The notes below the pieces were generated by a model that had not been told where the DNA came from, searched no databases, and worked only from the letters and a program-made list of their open reading frames with translations. The position numbers were made by a program, and so were the translations under genes. From Candidatus Doudnabacteria bacterium (GTDB taxonomy: Bacteria > Patescibacteriota > Doudnabacteria > UBA920 > O2-02-FULL-48-8), in assembly GCA_016186915.1 (NCBI GenBank), contig JACPKU010000006.1:350086-414085 (forward strand): DNA of 64,000 nucleotides. Reading direction: 5' to 3'. Positions within the stretch are counted from its first letter, which is position 1; each line of letters starts with the position of its first letter. Shown one piece after another: positions 61,601 through 64,000 of this stretch.

Positions 61601-63998
61601 TGGTCGGAGTGTTGGCGGCAGCGCCGACGGTAATTTGCTTTTCCGAAACCGGCGGCATGCCTGGCTTAAACACTCCGCAGAGATAGACTCCTTCTATCGT
61701 TTTGAGGGTGAATGCGCCGCTGGTATTGGTCTGTCCACCAGTACCGAAACCGCCCGATGTACCGCCAGTCGTTGATGTTGAAACCGGCCGGCAAAATACG
61801 CCGGCACTGGATACTCCCGTACCGCCTGAATCAACCACTGTTCCGGTAATGGTTTTATCGGCTGTTGATAGGGTGAAGTTTTTGCCAGTTACGCTCACAG
61901 CAGCCACTGCTACCTGAATGTTTGGCGGAGGCATGAAAGTAAAGTCCGGCGGCGGCGGCGGCGGCGCTCCCGGGGTAAAGAATGTTTCTGCAATGAAAGG
62001 ACCGACTCCGACATTGTAGCTAGCGTTAGGAGTTACCGGCAAAGAATAGGCATCAGCGCCTCCGGTCAAGGTCACCGTTTTTTTGGTAAAACCATATTGA
62101 GAAGAAGCAAAAACATCCACCTTGGTGCCATTGGCCCCGGTGATAGTTCCAGAAATAGTAATGGCTGCGGCATTGCTTAGAGCGAAATTCTTGGTTAAGC
62201 TTGTGGCCGAAACTGTAAATGGCTGGGGCGCGGAATTGAAAGCGACATCGATCGTAGCATTCGGCTTGATACCAATCATATACTCGCCGTCAGCCAAGCT
62301 TGTGAATGTTGCCACACCGTCAATCGTGCTATTGGCTGTAGTTGCTTCCTGTCCTCCGGTTGCTGGACTGAACAGATAAACTGTCACCCCATTAATACCT
62401 TCGCCAGCGTTGTTGGTGCCATTGGAATTGGCATCTTTAAATACGTTCACGGTCAACGTCCTTGACCCTGCCTGACCCAAGTAGAAAGGCGCGGCCGTCA
62501 AGGTTTGCAGAGCCACCCCGGAAGCATCTTTGGTTTGAATAGTGACTGTGTAGCCGGATGATGACGGCACAGTGGAGTTGACGATGTTAATAAGGTCAAT
62601 ACACATAAACGAATTAGTCCCGGTCGCTGCGGTATTGGTGGTGATTGTTACGGTGCCCGCATCATTGTTGCCGGCTACGCTGGCAATACCAACCGTGCCG
62701 CTGGCCAGCATATTTATGTCGCCGTTACAGCCGCTATTGGCCACTGCCATCTTGTCAGCGGAAGCCAGGGTAAAGCCTGCCGGGAAAGTCAGCACAATTG
62801 ATCCGCCGGAAGGGATGGAAGTGCCGGCCAAAAAATTGACCGTATAATTGGACGTCGCTCCCGCGGCTTTGGACATAGGTGTCACCCTAGTCGGGTTCAT
62901 ACCCTGCGCGCCCGGATCAATCGTGCCACCCCCGGGACCGATTTGTCCGCCGGTTGTAGAAGAATCCTGCACCACGCCCTGGGAAACATTCTTCACCGGC
63001 GTGCCGGTGTTATCCATAGCATTGCCGGCCAAGTCTTGGGCATTTATCGCCACGGTGATTGAGAAGCGGTTGCCGTTAACCAACGATAGACCAGTAATGC
63101 GGGCAGTTCTGGTGCCAGCCTCATAAGTTACTGTCTTGCCGCCCAAACCAACCGAGGTTAAAGAAGGCGCATCAGCGGCTCCGGTGGCCAAGGTATAGTT
63201 GCTGATATTATCAACCGCGTTCGGCCCGCCGCCACTCTTCATGCTTTCGTTGAATGTCACCGCCACGCTAAAGTTATCAGCATTGCTGAAGGTGACAAAC
63301 GGCTTGGCTGTGTCAGCCGTGGCCGTGGTTGTGAATGCGGAAGTATAGTTGGCGGCCAAGGCGTTGGCGGATAAATCTTTTGCCCGCGGGTCGCTGGCAC
63401 CGCCTAGGATGGTAAAGGTATAACCGGTGTTGGCCTCCAGCGCCACAGATGGACTAAAGTTTACCGATCGGCTGTTGGGATTGTAGTTAACGTTGCCAGT
63501 AACAGCAGCGCTGTTGCTGGTTTTCTTAAGCGTAACAGTAGTGCCCGAAATGGTTGAAGGATCCATGTCTTCCGAAAAACCGGCTGTGACTATAGCGCCC
63601 AGACTGATTCCGGTCGCGGCATTGGCTGGAGACACGCCAAGCACGGTCGGCGCGGTCGTGTCCGCGGCGCCAGAAGGAGTTCTGAATGACAAGAAATATG
63701 GTGCCGACAAGGCCGCGGTCGTAGTAGAGGTAGCTGTGGTATTAACCTTGACAATATATCCGGTCGCGGCAGTCAGCGTTGCAGGAGTTAGGGTGACTGT
63801 TTTGGAAGCCGAGTCATAAGCTTTGGTGGTAGTTACCGGTGTGCCAGGCGCGCCATTGACATCGGTAAACAAACCAATGTTGGCGTCAGCTATAATTGAA
63901 CCACTGCCGCTTGCGGCCATGTCCACGCTGAACGTCAGCCTGATTGGCGCGCCAATCGGATGATTTTGTGAACCCGATTGCGGCTGGCTGGATTGGAC
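58689..63998 (-). CDS. Giant cell-surface protein (Big_5 Ig domains, CarboxypepD_reg-like repeats, FN3, C-terminal HPxGTLV repeats); 5'-truncated by the window
   Basis: Frame is open to the window edge (at least 1769 aa). Contains DTTAPTVLGVSP..FSEDMDP, repeated ITGTV..G..V..A..T.ANG.YTL.V..GT(W/Y), VEHLSDFA, an FN3 (LSWTAV..YYFKVSA), a Gly/Thr linker and terminal repeats. Confidence 0.9.
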   Translation of the reverse strand, partial: VQSSQPQSGSQNHPIGAPIRLTFSVDMAASGSGSIIADANIGLFTDVNGAPGTPVTTTKAYDSASKTVTLTPATLTAATGYIVKVNTTATSTTTAALSAPYFLSFRTPSGAADTTAPTVLGVSPANAATGISLGAIVTAGFSEDMDPSTISGTTVTLKKTSNSAAVTGNVNYNPNSRSVNFSPSVALEANTGYTFTILGGASDPRAKDLSANALAANYTSAFTTTATADTAKPFVTFSNADNFSVAVTFNESMKSGGGPNAVDNISNYTLATGAADAPSLTSVGLGGKTVTYEAGTRTARITGLSLVNGNRFSITVAINAQDLAGNAMDNTGTPVKNVSQGVVQDSSTTGGQIGPGGGTIDPGAQGMNPTRVTPMSKAAGATSNYTVNFLAGTSIPSGGSIVLTFPAGFTLASADKMAVANSGCNGDINMLASGTVGIASVAGNNDAGTVTITTNTAATGTNSFMCIDLINIVNSTVPSSSGYTVTIQTKDASGVALQTLTAAPFYLGQAGSRTLTVNVFKDANSNGTNNAGEGINGVTVYLFSPATGGQEATTANSTIDGVATFTSLADGEYMIGIKPNATIDVAFNSAPQPFTVSATSLTKNFALSNAAAITISGTITGANGTKVDVFASSQYGFTKKTVTLTGGADAYSLPVTPNASYNVGVGPFIAETFFTPGAPPPPPPDFTFMPPPNIQVAVAAVSVTGKNFTLSTADKTITGTVVDSGGTGVSSAGVFCRPVSTSTTGGTSGGFGTGGQTNTSGAFTLKTIEGVYLCGVFKPGMPPVSEKQITVGAAANTPTTLAFVLDASTSLSITGTIKDDSGNAIPYAGVSGRKVVSTTNTTAVGGDSGNFVGGPTDANGAYTLYVTAGTWVVEAFAPGFGRLGTKTITITTSNATGQDFSAQTLSIGTITGSATQATVGVQGVMVRAENSDQSSGNMVITGSDGVYTMKVPAGTYSIKCFFPGVGESTPITGVVVTTGGTTEASACALAAPITITVNITDGTNAIANAGVEVRDSNGRGNFTSTSTTTGANAVYTVVVPPGTYTVRAGHPAYGSLGTTTAVSTTQTITYNVGSSKQLYAVTGTVTGDAVALSGAWVSLNGTPTGQTNTVFLGAQTIANGTFSINVPPGTYRVRADKPGYKSPAESTATVTTATVDVGTIALTTAARTITGTITVDGSGVSNAFVDASDGNGGYAVAQTNAAGAYTLNVDNGTWTIRAHSHGYEGGPLPVTVASNSPTDQNLALTAISGFTIYAERPETITPTSGGFVTNTDIGTGFNVNFPANSLGTGSNAATVTTKVNTAMPNPPVGAILKKNAVSIDAVGADGSPISSLNDEITITIPYTEADLPAGTSEASLVIGVWNDANQTYDTLATTVDTTLNTLTATVEHLSDFAPLVASGGAPPATPTGLAGTAISTSSVNLSWTAVSGASTYNVYQSSDNSSFPFLKAVSDTSTTATSLAAGSTYYFKVSALNSTGDESAASSAVSVVVLTSGGGGGGGGGGGAVATPTPTTTPTTDTPSETSTPATGSAGAHPNGTLVLDNGTVWLIKNGQRTGFRKEAEYLSHGYNFGQAVAANAQDMALPQAEFVQKALEGTLVLDASDGVTVYMIGTGATKRGFTSETVFTQLGYNFENLPMIDLTDYPAGDPVEDSSLSHPDGALVLGSDGVTVWWVKGNTRQGFESEAVFNTYGFDWGKIVTGNDADNALTEGALVKFRDGTLVYDGGSYYLISDGQAKKFSSREDLSFRGYKTENAIPAALTGKYEDGGLVE

Positions 63999-64000
63999 AA

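Overview
This 64-kb window looks like chromosome from a Patescibacteria/CPR bacterium using genetic code 11; the surface-protein C-terminal repeats and the PaaX-like gene suggest Parcubacteria/Doudnabacteria, which is inference only. Core genes are pnp, rpsO, a XerC/D recombinase, csp plus a DEAD-box helicase, holA, four intact tRNAs (Arg-UCU, His-GUG, Arg-UCG, Lys-CUU), a type IV pilus cluster (pilB-pilC-prepilins-pilM/N/O) and a giant Ig/CarboxypepD/FN3 surface protein that runs off the right end. A redox/metal accessory region of about 30 kb (15-45 kb) holds two ArsR units, CsoR-copB, DsbA/B, CcdA/TlpA, a MerA-like reductase, FMN reductases, a ZIP transporter, NAD kinase and an FMN-riboswitch ribE-H-B-A operon bracketed by two nnrE paralogues. 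The most notable unannotated signals are five. (1) A family of exactly 30-nt palindromic mini-elements nests inside itself without target duplication and interrupts a tRNA anticodon loop; a second double-hairpin family twice hits the tRNA-His anticodon sequence beside a decayed GIY-YIG gene. (2) An intact tRNA-Arg(UCG) lies inside the two halves of a different, split tRNA-Arg(UCG). (3) A Crp/Fnr regulon is readable from sequence, with three TGTGA-N6-T(C/T)ACA boxes each centred at -41.5 from four predicted promoters. (4) A MITE duplicates TGAA at ATGAA start codons. (5) A PaaX/Cas2-like gene is bracketed by two related palindromes. All calls come from reading the sequence; no database searches were run.
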